From an uncultured Lachnospiraceae bacterium (GTDB taxonomy: Bacteria > Bacillota > Clostridia > Lachnospirales > Lachnospiraceae), in contig CAJUHP010000003.1 in assembly GCA_910586125.1 (NCBI GenBank), positions 98,552 to 162,551 on the forward strand: a stretch of DNA of 64,000 nucleotides. The letters are read 5' to 3'. The notes under the pieces were generated by a model. That model did not search any database. It saw only the letters and a program-made list of their open reading frames with translations, and was not told the DNA's origin. Below, piece by piece: positions 1 to 9,354 of this stretch. The first letter of the stretch is position 1. The number at the start of each line of letters is the position of its first letter. Made by a program: the position numbers and the translations under genes.

Positions 1-810
1 CTGTGCCATGTGGGACTTTTACTCTTGATCGCTGGTTTTGCTCTGGGACGGCAGTTTGGGCTGGAATCTTATATATACGGCGTACCGGGAGAGACGAAAA
101 CGCTGGAAGAAACCGGATACGAGATCACGATTGAGGATTTTCAGATTGATCTGCGGGAGGATGCCACTGTGAAGCAGTACACGGCGTCTTTGACAATACA
201 CGAGCAGGAGAGCGGACGATCTGTTTTTGGCACAGCGCAGGTAAACTATCCCATGGATGCGTTCGGAATGCGGATTTATCAGAATTCGACCGGCTGGGCC
301 TGCCAGGTAGACGTATACCGGGAGGATGTGTTGGAGGAGACAAAGCTTTTGTGCGTCGGGGAAGTGTTGTCGGTGGAATCCATGCCGGATCTGGCGCTGG
401 TGTTTCAGAAATTTTATCCGGATTATGCAATGACGGATCAGGGAGCGGTTTCGATCAGTTCTGAGCTGAAGAATCCCTGTGCGGGGTTTCTGATGTACTA
501 TGACGGGCAGGTGATCGCGGCGGACACCGTGGGAATTGACCATGCGGTTCTGGCAGAACCCTACCGTTTTGTGTTTCATGATCCACAGCCCTATACTCTG
601 ATTCAAGTGCTGCGAGATCCGTTTCAGTGGCTGGCGGCTTTGGGCGGAGGGGTGATTCTTTTGTCGCTGCTTTTGTGTTTTTATTGGAGACCGGAGGAAA
701 CCGTTACAGCGCGGGGGAAAGATGGACGAGTCTGCGGCTGGTTTCACAGCCGTCAGGTCACGCGGGTCTGGGAAGAGGAAGCCATACAGGGAAAGGAAGA
801 AAAGAGATGA
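1..810 (+). CDS. resB: cytochrome c biogenesis protein, ResB/Ccs1 family, C-terminal part (5' end outside window)
   Basis: The frame is open from nt 1. The segment VKQYTASLTI...AQVNYPMDAFGMRIYQNS resembles the conserved ResB extracytoplasmic region. There is a C-terminal TM helix. The stop overlaps the ccsA start (ATGA at 807-810). Confidence 0.75.
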   Translation: MCHVGLLLLIAGFALGRQFGLESYIYGVPGETKTLEETGYEITIEDFQIDLREDATVKQYTASLTIHEQESGRSVFGTAQVNYPMDAFGMRIYQNSTGWACQVDVYREDVLEETKLLCVGEVLSVESMPDLALVFQKFYPDYAMTDQGAVSISSELKNPCAGFLMYYDGQVIAADTVGIDHAVLAEPYRFVFHDPQPYTLIQVLRDPFQWLAALGGGVILLSLLLCFYWRPEETVTARGKDGRVCGWFHSRQVTRVWEEEAIQGKEEKR

Positions 811-1637
811 CGGCGGAGATGTTTTTGCAGACGGAAAATATTCTGTTTACAGCGGCGGTGGCGGGATATCTGGCGGCCACAGCATTGTATTTTGTGTTTT
901 TTGCGGTGAAAAAGGAAGGGGCCGGGCAGTGGGCCGGGCGGGTTTTTGCAGCGGCTTTTGCCCTGCACACACTGGCCATGACGGCCAGGGGGATCGGGGC
1001 TGGAAGGCTGCCTCTGACCAATCAATATGAATTTGCCACCAGCTTTGCCTGGGGGATCTCCCTGTGCTATTTGGTGTTTATGATCAAGTACAAGTTTCGG
1101 GCGCTCGGCGCCTTTGTGTCCCCGGTGATATTTTTGATTATTGGCTACGCGGCCATGCAGAGCCGGGAGGTAAGGGAGCTGATGCCGGCTCTGCGCAGCA
1201 ACTGGCTGGCGATCCATGTCTCTACCGCTATTATTTCCTACGGCGCGTTCGGCGTGGCGTTCGGTGTTTCCATGGTTTACCTGTTTCGCGGCCGGATGAA
1301 GGAGGATGCCTTTCATCAGAAGGAGATGCCGGATCTGGAGCGGCTGGACTTGATCAGTTACCGAACGGTTTCTCTGGGCTTTCTGTTTTTGACGCTGGTG
1401 ATTATCACCGGAGCGATTTGGGCCGAACGGGCATGGGGCCGGTACTGGTCTTGGGACCCGAAGGAAACCTGGTCTCTGATCACCTGGATTATCTATGCTC
1501 TGTATCTTCATGTGCGTCTGTCCAGAGGCTGGAACGGAAAAAAAGCGGCGTGGTTTGCGGTGATCGGATTTATCTGCGTTGTGTTCACCTATATCGGCGT
1601 GAATACGTGGATTCCGGGGATTCACAGCTATGCGTAA
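807..1637 (+). CDS. ccsA: cytochrome c biogenesis protein CcsA/ResC (system II heme handling subunit)
   Basis: Trp-rich motif WGRYWSWDPKETWSLITW in a polytopic membrane protein. ATG 807, which overlaps the resB stop, is preferred over the ORF-track start at 627. Confidence 0.85.
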   Translation: MTAEMFLQTENILFTAAVAGYLAATALYFVFFAVKKEGAGQWAGRVFAAAFALHTLAMTARGIGAGRLPLTNQYEFATSFAWGISLCYLVFMIKYKFRALGAFVSPVIFLIIGYAAMQSREVRELMPALRSNWLAIHVSTAIISYGAFGVAFGVSMVYLFRGRMKEDAFHQKEMPDLERLDLISYRTVSLGFLFLTLVIITGAIWAERAWGRYWSWDPKETWSLITWIIYALYLHVRLSRGWNGKKAAWFAVIGFICVVFTYIGVNTWIPGIHSYA

Positions 1638-2531
1638 TCAACGGTTGTGCCTCAGAAAGATCTGTCCCAGATCCTCCAGAATATCGCTGGGGAGCATTCC
1701 GGTCATGGAACGCCGCTTGGCACAGAGATCCGCCGCTTTGCCGTGAAGCCATACGCCGCAGAGGGCTGCGTCTGCGGGGGACAACCCCTGGGCAGCTAAC
1801 CCAGCGATGATTCCGGTCAGGATATCGCCGCTTCCTCCGCGGGAGAGCCCGGCGTTGCCGGTGTGATTTTCAAACAGCGCTCCGTCGGGGGAGGCAATCT
1901 GTGTGTGATGGCCCTTTAATACGACGACAGCGCCGGTCTTTGCGGCATATTCCAGAGCCGTACGGGCAGGCTCGCGCAGAATCTGCTGTACGGAAAGGCC
2001 GGTGAGCTTTGCCATTTCTCCGGGATGAGGGGTCAGAACCAGCCGCCCGGCGCAGGAGGCGAGGAGCGGCCGGATTTTCGTGTCATGGCAGATGACGCCG
2101 GGATGCAGGCAGCACAGCCCTCCGGCGTCCAATACGATCGTTCCGGAAGCATACCGCAAAACCCTCTGCATTTCTCGGACCGTTTCGGGAGATTCCGGTT
2201 TGCCGCAGCCGGCGGCGCAGGCGGTTGCCTTTTCCAGTTTTGCAATCAGAGCGCTTTCGTTTGGCAGAGATAAAAAGGTGGCTTCCAGGATGCGGTCCGC
2301 TATGCTCGCTATGACAATTTCCGGAGCGGCCAGAGTTGTCAGTCCGGCGCCGCTTCGCAGCGCCCCCAGCGCACACAATGCAGCAGCGCCGCGGTACTGC
2401 GCACAGCCGCAGACAGCCAGGACATTTCCATAGGTTCCCTTGTGGCTGTCCGGCCTGCGGACAGGGATTTTGGACCAGATCATATCTTCGGTGATGACAG
2501 GCATGGGCTTCTCCTTTTCAAATACATTCAT
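1638..2531 (-). CDS. nnrD: ADP-dependent NAD(P)H-hydrate dehydratase (YjeF C-terminal / carbohydrate-kinase fold)
   Basis: Motifs HKGTYGNVLAVCG, VVLKGHHTQIA and GNAGLSRGGSGDILTGIIAGL. The start ATG overlaps the mgtE stop (ATGA). Confidence 0.8.
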   Translation of the reverse strand: MNVFEKEKPMPVITEDMIWSKIPVRRPDSHKGTYGNVLAVCGCAQYRGAAALCALGALRSGAGLTTLAAPEIVIASIADRILEATFLSLPNESALIAKLEKATACAAGCGKPESPETVREMQRVLRYASGTIVLDAGGLCCLHPGVICHDTKIRPLLASCAGRLVLTPHPGEMAKLTGLSVQQILREPARTALEYAAKTGAVVVLKGHHTQIASPDGALFENHTGNAGLSRGGSGDILTGIIAGLAAQGLSPADAALCGVWLHGKAADLCAKRRSMTGMLPSDILEDLGQIFLRHNR

Positions 2532-3886
2532 CCAATATGCAGCACATGTGTTGCGATCTGAAAATACACCACCAGAGAGATCGCGTCCACAATGGTCGTG
2601 ATAAAGGGACTTGCCATCACAGCCGGATCAAAACCGATCCGCTTGGCGGCGATCGGGAGCGTACAGCCCACAACCTTGGCGGCAAGCACGGAAACCATCA
2701 GGGTGGAGCAGACGACAAGGGCGGTGGAAACCGCGATTCGGTCGATCAGCATCATTTTGATAAAATTGGCGCCGGCCAGCGTCAGGCCGCAGAAGAAAGC
2801 CACCAGCGCCTCCTTGACAATGATTTTTGGCGTGTCGGAATACTCGATTTCGCCCAGAGCCAGTCCGCGGATGATACTGACGGAAGCCTGTCCGCCGGCG
2901 TTGCCTCCCGTGTCCATCAGCATGGGAATGAAAGCGGTCAGCACGACATAAGCGCCCAGCGCGGCTTCGTAGTGCGTGATAATAGCGCCGGTGAATGTGG
3001 CAGAGATCATCAAAAGAAGCAGCCACGGAATCCGTTTCTTCCAAGTTTCCAGCACCCCGGTTTTCATGTAGGATTTGTCCGTGGGCGTGATGGCTGCCAT
3101 CATTTCGATATCTTCGGTATTTTCATCCTGTAAAACATCCATGGCATCGTCGATGGTGACGATGCCCACCAGGCGTTTTTCCTGATCTACAACAGGAAGG
3201 GCCAGGTAATCGTATCGGCTGAATTGTTTGGCGACATCTTCCTTATCTTCCAGCGTGGTGGCGTAGGTGATGTTTGTTTCCATGATTTCGCAGATTCGAT
3301 CGTCAGGATCCGCCAAGAGAAGAGTCCGCACAGATACCACGCCGGTCAGATGCCGGTCTTTATCGGTCACATAACAGGTGTAAATGGTCTCCTTATCCTC
3401 TCCGGTGCGGCGGATGCGCGTAAAAGCGTCCTCCACTGTCATGTCGGCCTTCAGGCTGACATACTCAATCGTCATGATGCTTCCGGCGCTGTCGTCCGGA
3501 TACTGTAGGATCTCATTGATCTGCCGGCGTGTTTCCGGATCGGCCTGCTTTAAGATCCGTTTCACCACGGAGGCAGGCATTTCTTCTATGATGTCAACGG
3601 TATCGTCCAGATACATCTCATCCAGGACTTCTTTCAGTTCTCTGTCGCTGAAGGCGGAGATCAATAGTTCCTGCTCATCGTTATCCATCTCAACAAAAAC
3701 TTCAGCGGCCATGTCCTTGGGCAGCAGGCGGTACAGAAGCGGCAGAAGTTCGTCCGGAAGTTCCCCAAATAAAAGAGCGGTATCGGCTGGTTCCATGGCT
3801 GAAAAAACAGCTTTCAGTTCCCGAAAGCGTTTCGCGTGCAACATTTCTTCGATTTCTTCGGCAGCATAGTTCATTTTCTGCTCCAT
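2528..3886 (-). CDS. mgtE: magnesium transporter MgtE
   Basis: An N-domain, tandem CBS region and C-terminal TM domain with PMLMDTGGNAGGQAS and ASPFITTIVD motifs. Confidence 0.9.
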   Translation of the reverse strand: MEQKMNYAAEEIEEMLHAKRFRELKAVFSAMEPADTALLFGELPDELLPLLYRLLPKDMAAEVFVEMDNDEQELLISAFSDRELKEVLDEMYLDDTVDIIEEMPASVVKRILKQADPETRRQINEILQYPDDSAGSIMTIEYVSLKADMTVEDAFTRIRRTGEDKETIYTCYVTDKDRHLTGVVSVRTLLLADPDDRICEIMETNITYATTLEDKEDVAKQFSRYDYLALPVVDQEKRLVGIVTIDDAMDVLQDENTEDIEMMAAITPTDKSYMKTGVLETWKKRIPWLLLLMISATFTGAIITHYEAALGAYVVLTAFIPMLMDTGGNAGGQASVSIIRGLALGEIEYSDTPKIIVKEALVAFFCGLTLAGANFIKMMLIDRIAVSTALVVCSTLMVSVLAAKVVGCTLPIAAKRIGFDPAVMASPFITTIVDAISLVVYFQIATHVLHIG

Positions 3887-3997
3887 AGCTCCGCCTCTCT
3901 TTCGATGTTTTTAGGACTCCCCTGTCTTGAGCCGGAAAAAGAAAAACCGCAGGCAGGCCGCCGGCGGAAATGCTTTTTTGGGTTTCCTATATCAAAT

Positions 3998-4026
3998 ATC
4001 ATAGGCGCTTTGGAGGAATTTGTCAA
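3998..4026 (-). promoter_or_regulatory. sigma-A type promoter for mgtE (TTGACA-17-TATGAT)
   Basis: On the minus strand: TTGACA (4021-4026), a 17-nt spacer, TATGAT (3998-4003), about 110 nt upstream of the mgtE ATG. Confidence 0.6.
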
Positions 4027-4098
4027 GGGGCGCGGAAAAAACAGGAAGGATTTCCCGGTTTTTTTGGAAAAAGATTTGGAAACTTTTCACAAAAAAAC

Positions 4099-4127
4099 TT
4101 GTTTTTTAAAAGTATATTTGTTATAAT
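4099..4127 (+). promoter_or_regulatory. promoter for the chemoreceptor gene (TTGTTT-17-TGnTATAAT)
   Basis: TTGTTT at 4099-4104 and an extended -10 TGtTATAAT ending at 4127, about 75 nt upstream of ATG 4205. Confidence 0.55.
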
Positions 4128-4204
4128 TCTATTATACGGACCTGTAGACGGGGAAGATAGACCGGCTCGGATGCGGGCAGCCGACAATTGAGGGAGCAGG
4201 TGCT

Positions 4205-6205
4205 ATGAGTATGAAAACAAACGAAGAGCAAGGCAAGAGATCGCGGAAGGGATTGGGAATTACAGGGAAGCTGGCGTCGGCTATTGTGGGGAGCGTCGTG
4301 CTGGCTGTGACAATATTGCTTTTGGTAGTCTATATTCAGATGTCGAAAGCACTGCTTGAGAAGAGCGAAGAGCTTTTGCAGGCTGCTACGAACGAGATGC
4401 TTCAGGAAACCGGAGGGTGGTTGAACGGGACCCTGGCCAGACTGGAGGGGCAGAGGGATACCATTGAGTACATGGATATGAGTATCGAGGAATTGGCGGA
4501 TTATGTCCGCCACGCCGTCGATCCGCAGAGTGCATATCCGGCGGGATTGTATGTGGGGATGACGGACGGCAGTCTGTATCATGCCACATTTGTGCCGGGC
4601 CCGGATTACGATCCTCTGTCGAAAGCCTGGTATCAGGATGGATTAAAGTCCAATGATTTTGTAATCGGAGAGGTCTATCTGGACGAGGCGAGCAATTCCT
4701 ATGTAGTGGGCGTATCCGGCGTGCTCAAAAGCAGTACCGGGGAAGTGCGGGGCGTTGCAGCGGCGGATGTGTCTCTGGGTTCCATTTCCGATATCGTCAG
4801 TGAAATCCAGATTGAGGATACCGGCGGTATCTTTCTGGTGGACGGCCTGACGGATATCGTGATCGGGCACAGGGACCGGGATAAGACAGGGCGGAACCTG
4901 CGCGATATTGACGGCGGTATGTATGCCTTTGCGGAAGAGCAGATGCGAGGGGGGAAAACCGGCCTGTTCCTCTATGAGAATACATATATTCAGGTGGAAA
5001 AGGTTCCGGGCAGCAACTGGGTGGCGGTGGCCTATGTGTCACGCTCGGAGGTTCTGCAGGAGCTGGTGTCCCTGACTGTTGTGATGCTGATAGTAGCGCT
5101 GGTTGCAGTGGCTGCTCTCATTCTTCTGGTAGTGATTCAAGTCCGCCGTATCATCGGCAGGCCGGTACAGGAGCTGAGCCGGGTGGCGACGCGCATCGCG
5201 GAGGGAGACCTGGATCAGTCGGTTCATTACCACTCGGAAGACGAGCTGGGTCTGCTGGCCGATGATTTTAATAAGGTTACGCTCCGCCTTCGGGACTATG
5301 TAAAATATATAAACGAGATTTCGGATGTGCTGCGTGAGATCGCCGCTGGTAATCTGACTTTTACGCTGGAGAATGATTACGCTGGCGAATTTGCCAAGAT
5401 CCGGGCGTCTCTGGATGAGATATCCCATGCGCTGGGCGGCACGATGGGAAGACTGCGCACCGTTTCCAGAGAGGTGGCTTTGGGAGCGGAGCAGGTGTCG
5501 AGCGGCGCGATGGCTCTGTCGCAGGGCTCCACGGAACAGGCCGCGGCAGTGGAAACGCTGGCCGGGCATATTGATTCGGTTTCTGACAGCGTTCAGAATA
5601 TTGCCAATGGGGCTGAGCGCGTTGACGGCATTTCTCAGGAAGTCAAGAAAGGGCTCTTATCCAGCAGTGATAAAATGAATAATTTGACGGAAGTCATTCA
5701 GAAGAGCAGCCGCAAATCCACGGAGATCCATCAGATCGTTAAGACCATCGAGGACATTGCGTTTCAGACCAATATCCTGGCGTTAAACGCCGCGGTAGAA
5801 GCGGCCCGCGCCGGCGCGGCCGGCAAGGGGTTTGCGGTGGTTGCGGATGAGGTCCGCAACCTGGCCGGCAAATCTTCCTCGGCGGCCCAGGAGACATCGG
5901 TTCTGCTGAGTGAGACGGTGAGCTCCATGGAGGAGGGGGTTCAGGCGGCGGAAGAGACAGAGAAATCCATTTTGGCCGTGGTGGCACAGGCGGATGAGAT
6001 GAGCGAGCTGATCACAAACATCGCAGAATATACCAGACAGCAGGCGTCGAACACAGCGGAGATCACCAACGGAATCGGGCAGATTTCCAGTGTGGTTCAG
6101 AATAATGTGGCGACGGCGGAAGCCAGCGCGGCAGCCAGCGAGCAGCTTTCCGGGCAGGCGACCATGCTGAAAGAAATGGTGGCCAGATTTCGGCTGAAGG
6201 ATTAA
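4205..6205 (+). CDS. methyl-accepting chemotaxis protein with a Cache-type sensor domain and HAMP
   Basis: An N-terminal TM helix, a roughly 250-aa extracytoplasmic domain, a second TM helix, HAMP, and the conserved signalling hairpin IAFQTNILALNAAVEAARAGAAGKGFAVVADEVRNLA. Confidence 0.9.
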   Translation: MSMKTNEEQGKRSRKGLGITGKLASAIVGSVVLAVTILLLVVYIQMSKALLEKSEELLQAATNEMLQETGGWLNGTLARLEGQRDTIEYMDMSIEELADYVRHAVDPQSAYPAGLYVGMTDGSLYHATFVPGPDYDPLSKAWYQDGLKSNDFVIGEVYLDEASNSYVVGVSGVLKSSTGEVRGVAAADVSLGSISDIVSEIQIEDTGGIFLVDGLTDIVIGHRDRDKTGRNLRDIDGGMYAFAEEQMRGGKTGLFLYENTYIQVEKVPGSNWVAVAYVSRSEVLQELVSLTVVMLIVALVAVAALILLVVIQVRRIIGRPVQELSRVATRIAEGDLDQSVHYHSEDELGLLADDFNKVTLRLRDYVKYINEISDVLREIAAGNLTFTLENDYAGEFAKIRASLDEISHALGGTMGRLRTVSREVALGAEQVSSGAMALSQGSTEQAAAVETLAGHIDSVSDSVQNIANGAERVDGISQEVKKGLLSSSDKMNNLTEVIQKSSRKSTEIHQIVKTIEDIAFQTNILALNAAVEAARAGAAGKGFAVVADEVRNLAGKSSSAAQETSVLLSETVSSMEEGVQAAEETEKSILAVVAQADEMSELITNIAEYTRQQASNTAEITNGIGQISSVVQNNVATAEASAAASEQLSGQATMLKEMVARFRLKD

Positions 6206-6230
6206 AACAAAATAAGTAAGTTATCAAATG

Positions 6231-6281
6231 AATATGCGGAATATTATCGGAAATCTTTGGATAATATTCCGCATATTTTTT
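6231..6281 (+). terminator. intrinsic terminator after the chemoreceptor gene
   Basis: An 18-bp perfect stem (AATATGCGGAATATTATC / GATAATATTCCGCATATT) whose 3' arm runs into a T-run (6276-6281). Confidence 0.85.
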
Positions 6282-6410
6282 GTGCTGCCGTTTCCGAAGC
6301 AATAATTTTTGAGAGTTTGGACATATTAAAGAGGGAAAAAATAATGTGTCTGAAAGGCGACGCCGGGCCGAAGCATTTCGGCGTGCCGCAGGCATCGGAG
6401 AGGAGAATAT

Positions 6411-7844
6411 ATGTCGAATAAGATCTCGGCCAGTATTGCAGAGAATCGGGCGGCATTTCGCAAGATTTTTGCACCGGATAAAAACTATGATATCATTGAA
6501 CGGCAGTTGGAGATCGGGGGCCGTCCTTCGGTGATCTATATGATCGACGGATTTACCGATGCAGGCGTTCTGCAGAGGACCATTCAATTTATGTACAGCA
6601 TCAAGCCGGAGGCCATGCCCAAGAACGGAAAGCGATTTATGGAACAGCTCATTCCCTACGGAGAAGTGGGAACGCTTGATGATATGGACGATATTGCGAC
6701 ATCATTTCTGGCCGGCATTACCTGCCTTTTTATCGACGGATACGCCGAATGTCTGATTATGGACTGCCGGGACTATCCAGCCAGAGGAGTGCAGGAGCCG
6801 GAGAAGGATAAAGTCATGCGCGGGTCCAGGGATGGGTTTGTGGAAACGCTGATTTTCAATACGGCTCTGATCCGAAGAAGAATCCGCGATCCGCGTCTGA
6901 CCGTAGAGATTATGAATATCGGCCGGCGTTCTCGAACGGATGTAGCGGTCTGTTATATGGATGGAGAGGCCGATACAAAGATACTGGATCACTTGAAAAA
7001 AAGACTTTCCTCGATACAGGTGGATTCTCTGACCATGAATCAGGAGAGTCTGGCGGAATGTCTGTACAAAGGAAAATGGCTGAATCCTTTCCCGAAATTT
7101 AAATTTTCCGAGCGGCCTGATACAGCGGCAGCCTGTCTGCTGCAGGGGAGTATTATTGTTCTGGTGGATAACTCCCCGGCGGCCATGATTCTGCCCTCAT
7201 CGGTCTTTGATGTGATTGAGGAGGCGGACGATTACTATTTTCCTCCCGTGACGGGAACGTATCTGCGCCTGACCCGCTTTGCCACGTCTTTTGTGGCGCT
7301 GTTTCTGACGCCCCTGTATCTTCTTATGATGCAGAATCCAGAGCATGTGCCCCAGTGGCTGGAATTTGCGCTGGTCTCGGACGAGATTAATGTCCCGCTT
7401 CTTCTGCAGCTTCTGATTCTGGAATTCGCCATCGACGGTCTGCGTCTGGCCTCGATCAACACGCCCACCATGCTGTCTACCCCTCTCAGCGTGATCGCGG
7501 CTATCGTATTGGGAGATTATGCGGTGCAGTCCGGCTGGTTTAACTCGGAGGTTATGCTGTATATGGCCTTTGTGGCGCTGGCCAACTATTCGCAGGCCAG
7601 CTTTGAGATGAGCTATGCCCTGAAATTTATGCGGGTGCTGCTGCTGGTGCTGACAGCGTGCCTGGACGAATGGGGATTTTTGCTGGGAACCGTGGCGGTG
7701 ATTGCCTGTGTGGCAGGCAACCGCACCATAGGAGGACGCAGCTATCTGTATCCGCTGATACCATTTGATGGAAAGGAACTGAAAAAACGTTTCTTCCGGG
7801 TGCGGATCTCCCACGACAACAACGGCGGCCAGAAAAATTCGTAA
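6411..7844 (+). CDS. spore germination protein, GerA-family A subunit (SpoVAF-like); no adjacent B or C subunit
   Basis: About 480 aa with a soluble N-domain (VIYMIDGFTDAG..., RGSRDGFVETL, RRRIRDPRL) and a C-terminal multi-TM region typical of GerAA/SpoVAF. SD GGAGAGGAG lies upstream. Confidence 0.75.
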   Translation: MSNKISASIAENRAAFRKIFAPDKNYDIIERQLEIGGRPSVIYMIDGFTDAGVLQRTIQFMYSIKPEAMPKNGKRFMEQLIPYGEVGTLDDMDDIATSFLAGITCLFIDGYAECLIMDCRDYPARGVQEPEKDKVMRGSRDGFVETLIFNTALIRRRIRDPRLTVEIMNIGRRSRTDVAVCYMDGEADTKILDHLKKRLSSIQVDSLTMNQESLAECLYKGKWLNPFPKFKFSERPDTAAACLLQGSIIVLVDNSPAAMILPSSVFDVIEEADDYYFPPVTGTYLRLTRFATSFVALFLTPLYLLMMQNPEHVPQWLEFALVSDEINVPLLLQLLILEFAIDGLRLASINTPTMLSTPLSVIAAIVLGDYAVQSGWFNSEVMLYMAFVALANYSQASFEMSYALKFMRVLLLVLTACLDEWGFLLGTVAVIACVAGNRTIGGRSYLYPLIPFDGKELKKRFFRVRISHDNNGGQKNS

Positions 7845-7880
7845 ATCGAAAAAAATATATTGAAAAACAATAAATAACTA

Positions 7881-7909
7881 TTGCAAAACAGAAAGTTCCG
7901 TGCTATACT
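7881..7909 (+). promoter_or_regulatory. promoter (TTGCAA-17-TATACT)
   Basis: Hexamers at 7881-7886 and 7904-7909. This implies the ORF-track TTG start at 7881 is not used and translation starts at ATG 7956. Confidence 0.55.
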
Positions 7910-7955
7910 GTCTGGTAATAACAGGATAGTGAAACCAGGAAAGGGGCTTTTTGTG

Positions 7956-9335
7956 ATGGAAGAAAAAGACGCGGGAAGCGAATGGAGAGAGCAGGAAGAA
8001 TCCAGGGAAGATAAGGGGATGGGAGAACAGAAATCATCAAACCAGAAAAACGAGGTTTCTTTCGCCGCACATGCGAAGGAATGGATGCTGTCGGCGTGGA
8101 TTCTTCTGGCGGCTTATGTGTATCTGTCCTTCCTTTCCCACGCCACAGCGCTGTCTGAATGGCTGGCATCGTGGATGAATGCAGATGACAGAGAAAATTT
8201 ACTGCTGGTTGTATTTACGGCGATTTTTTTGGCGGCCGGTTTGATCTATGCGCAGGCCAGCGGTAAGAAGCCGGAGAAAAGCAGCCGGGGGTATCTGGCT
8301 ATGACGGCTGCCGCCGCGCTGTGGTTTCCTCTCTTTTCCCATGGCAATCAGGAGATATATCTTTTGATGTTCCTGTTTCTAAGCGTGATGGCGGTATATT
8401 GGCTGCTGTGTATGACCGGCAGCCGCCAGGGAACGTATTTTGATGAGAGAGGAATTGCGGATGTGTATCGTGGGCTGGTGGCCCTGCCGTTTGGCGGATA
8501 TCTGCAGATTTTTCGGGAATGGGGCCATTTAGCCGTCTGGGCTTCACAGAGCAGAAAACGTATGGGAAGCAGAGGCCGTCAGGCAGCTTTTGGCTTTTTT
8601 CTCAGCCTTCCGGTGTTAAGTATTCTGATCCCGGTTCTGATGGCGGCAGATCCTTATTTTCGGCATTTTATAGAAAGCGCGCTGTCCGGCGCAGGGATAT
8701 TTTTTGGCCGTTGGGGGTTGTTTTCGGATCTGATAACGCTGATTCAAGTTCTGATGATAGGCTGCTATCTATATGGCCTGTTCTACAATACGGTAAACAA
8801 AAAAATGGCCTGTGAAAAAAAGCGCTGGCAGGCGCCGCAGGCGATGGTAGGCGGGATATTGGTTCCGGTTCTGGCCTTATATCTGCTCTTTTTCCTGGTG
8901 CGGCTGTTCGGCGTGGCGGGAGCCATGGATCGGATCGCCAGCGGTGATCTCTGGATCAGTACTTATGCCAGGGAAGGATTTTTTGAACTGTGCTGGGTGG
9001 CGGCAATCAATCTGGCGCTTTTTGGAGGAATTCGCTGGTATTCCTCCGAGGCGGGAAATACGGTCCGCTCTCTGTTGTGCGGCCTGGGAGCGGAGACGCT
9101 GGCCTTTATCGGACTGGCTTTTTCCAAGATGTGGTACTATATTCAGAGTTATCACAGCTTTACGTTTAAAAGGGTGATGTGCTGCTGGCTGCTGCTTACG
9201 CTGTTTGTCTTGTTTGGGCTGATGATGGCGGAATTGTGGATGCGGCGGCTGAAAGGAGTCCGGATTGGCGTTTGGTTTGGATGCGTGACGTTTCTGCTGT
9301 TAGCTTACAGCAATCTGCCGACTTGGGCGCCGTGA
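7956..9335 (+). CDS. polytopic membrane protein of unknown function (DUF4153/DUF4173-like guess)
   Basis: A charged N-terminal tail followed by about 10 hydrophobic segments. Start chosen downstream of the promoter. The family name is a guess. Confidence 0.5.
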   Translation: MEEKDAGSEWREQEESREDKGMGEQKSSNQKNEVSFAAHAKEWMLSAWILLAAYVYLSFLSHATALSEWLASWMNADDRENLLLVVFTAIFLAAGLIYAQASGKKPEKSSRGYLAMTAAAALWFPLFSHGNQEIYLLMFLFLSVMAVYWLLCMTGSRQGTYFDERGIADVYRGLVALPFGGYLQIFREWGHLAVWASQSRKRMGSRGRQAAFGFFLSLPVLSILIPVLMAADPYFRHFIESALSGAGIFFGRWGLFSDLITLIQVLMIGCYLYGLFYNTVNKKMACEKKRWQAPQAMVGGILVPVLALYLLFFLVRLFGVAGAMDRIASGDLWISTYAREGFFELCWVAAINLALFGGIRWYSSEAGNTVRSLLCGLGAETLAFIGLAFSKMWYYIQSYHSFTFKRVMCCWLLLTLFVLFGLMMAELWMRRLKGVRIGVWFGCVTFLLLAYSNLPTWAP

Positions 9336-9354
9336 GATAGAGAGGAGAGAGTCC

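Noticed and set aside
627-806. N-terminal extensions proposed by the ORF track for ccsA, and likewise 10837-10965, 11262-11378, 16502-16549, 18884-18964, 19689-19862, 25341-25526, 37297-37374, 37526-37573, 40652-40678, 43476-43520, 45162-45230, 53411-53437, 55158-55250, 58852-59052 and 60248-60265.
   Set aside because: In each case an internal ATG/GTG with a proper SD matches the family N-terminus. Several of the extensions run through a T-box leader, terminator hairpins, a promoter or the preceding gene.
3887-4140. An M-box (ykoK) riboswitch upstream of mgtE.
   Set aside because: I looked for it because of the gene context. The promoter leaves only about 100 nt of leader, and I could not recognise M-box conserved segments on the minus strand. 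It needs a covariance-model scan to be certain.
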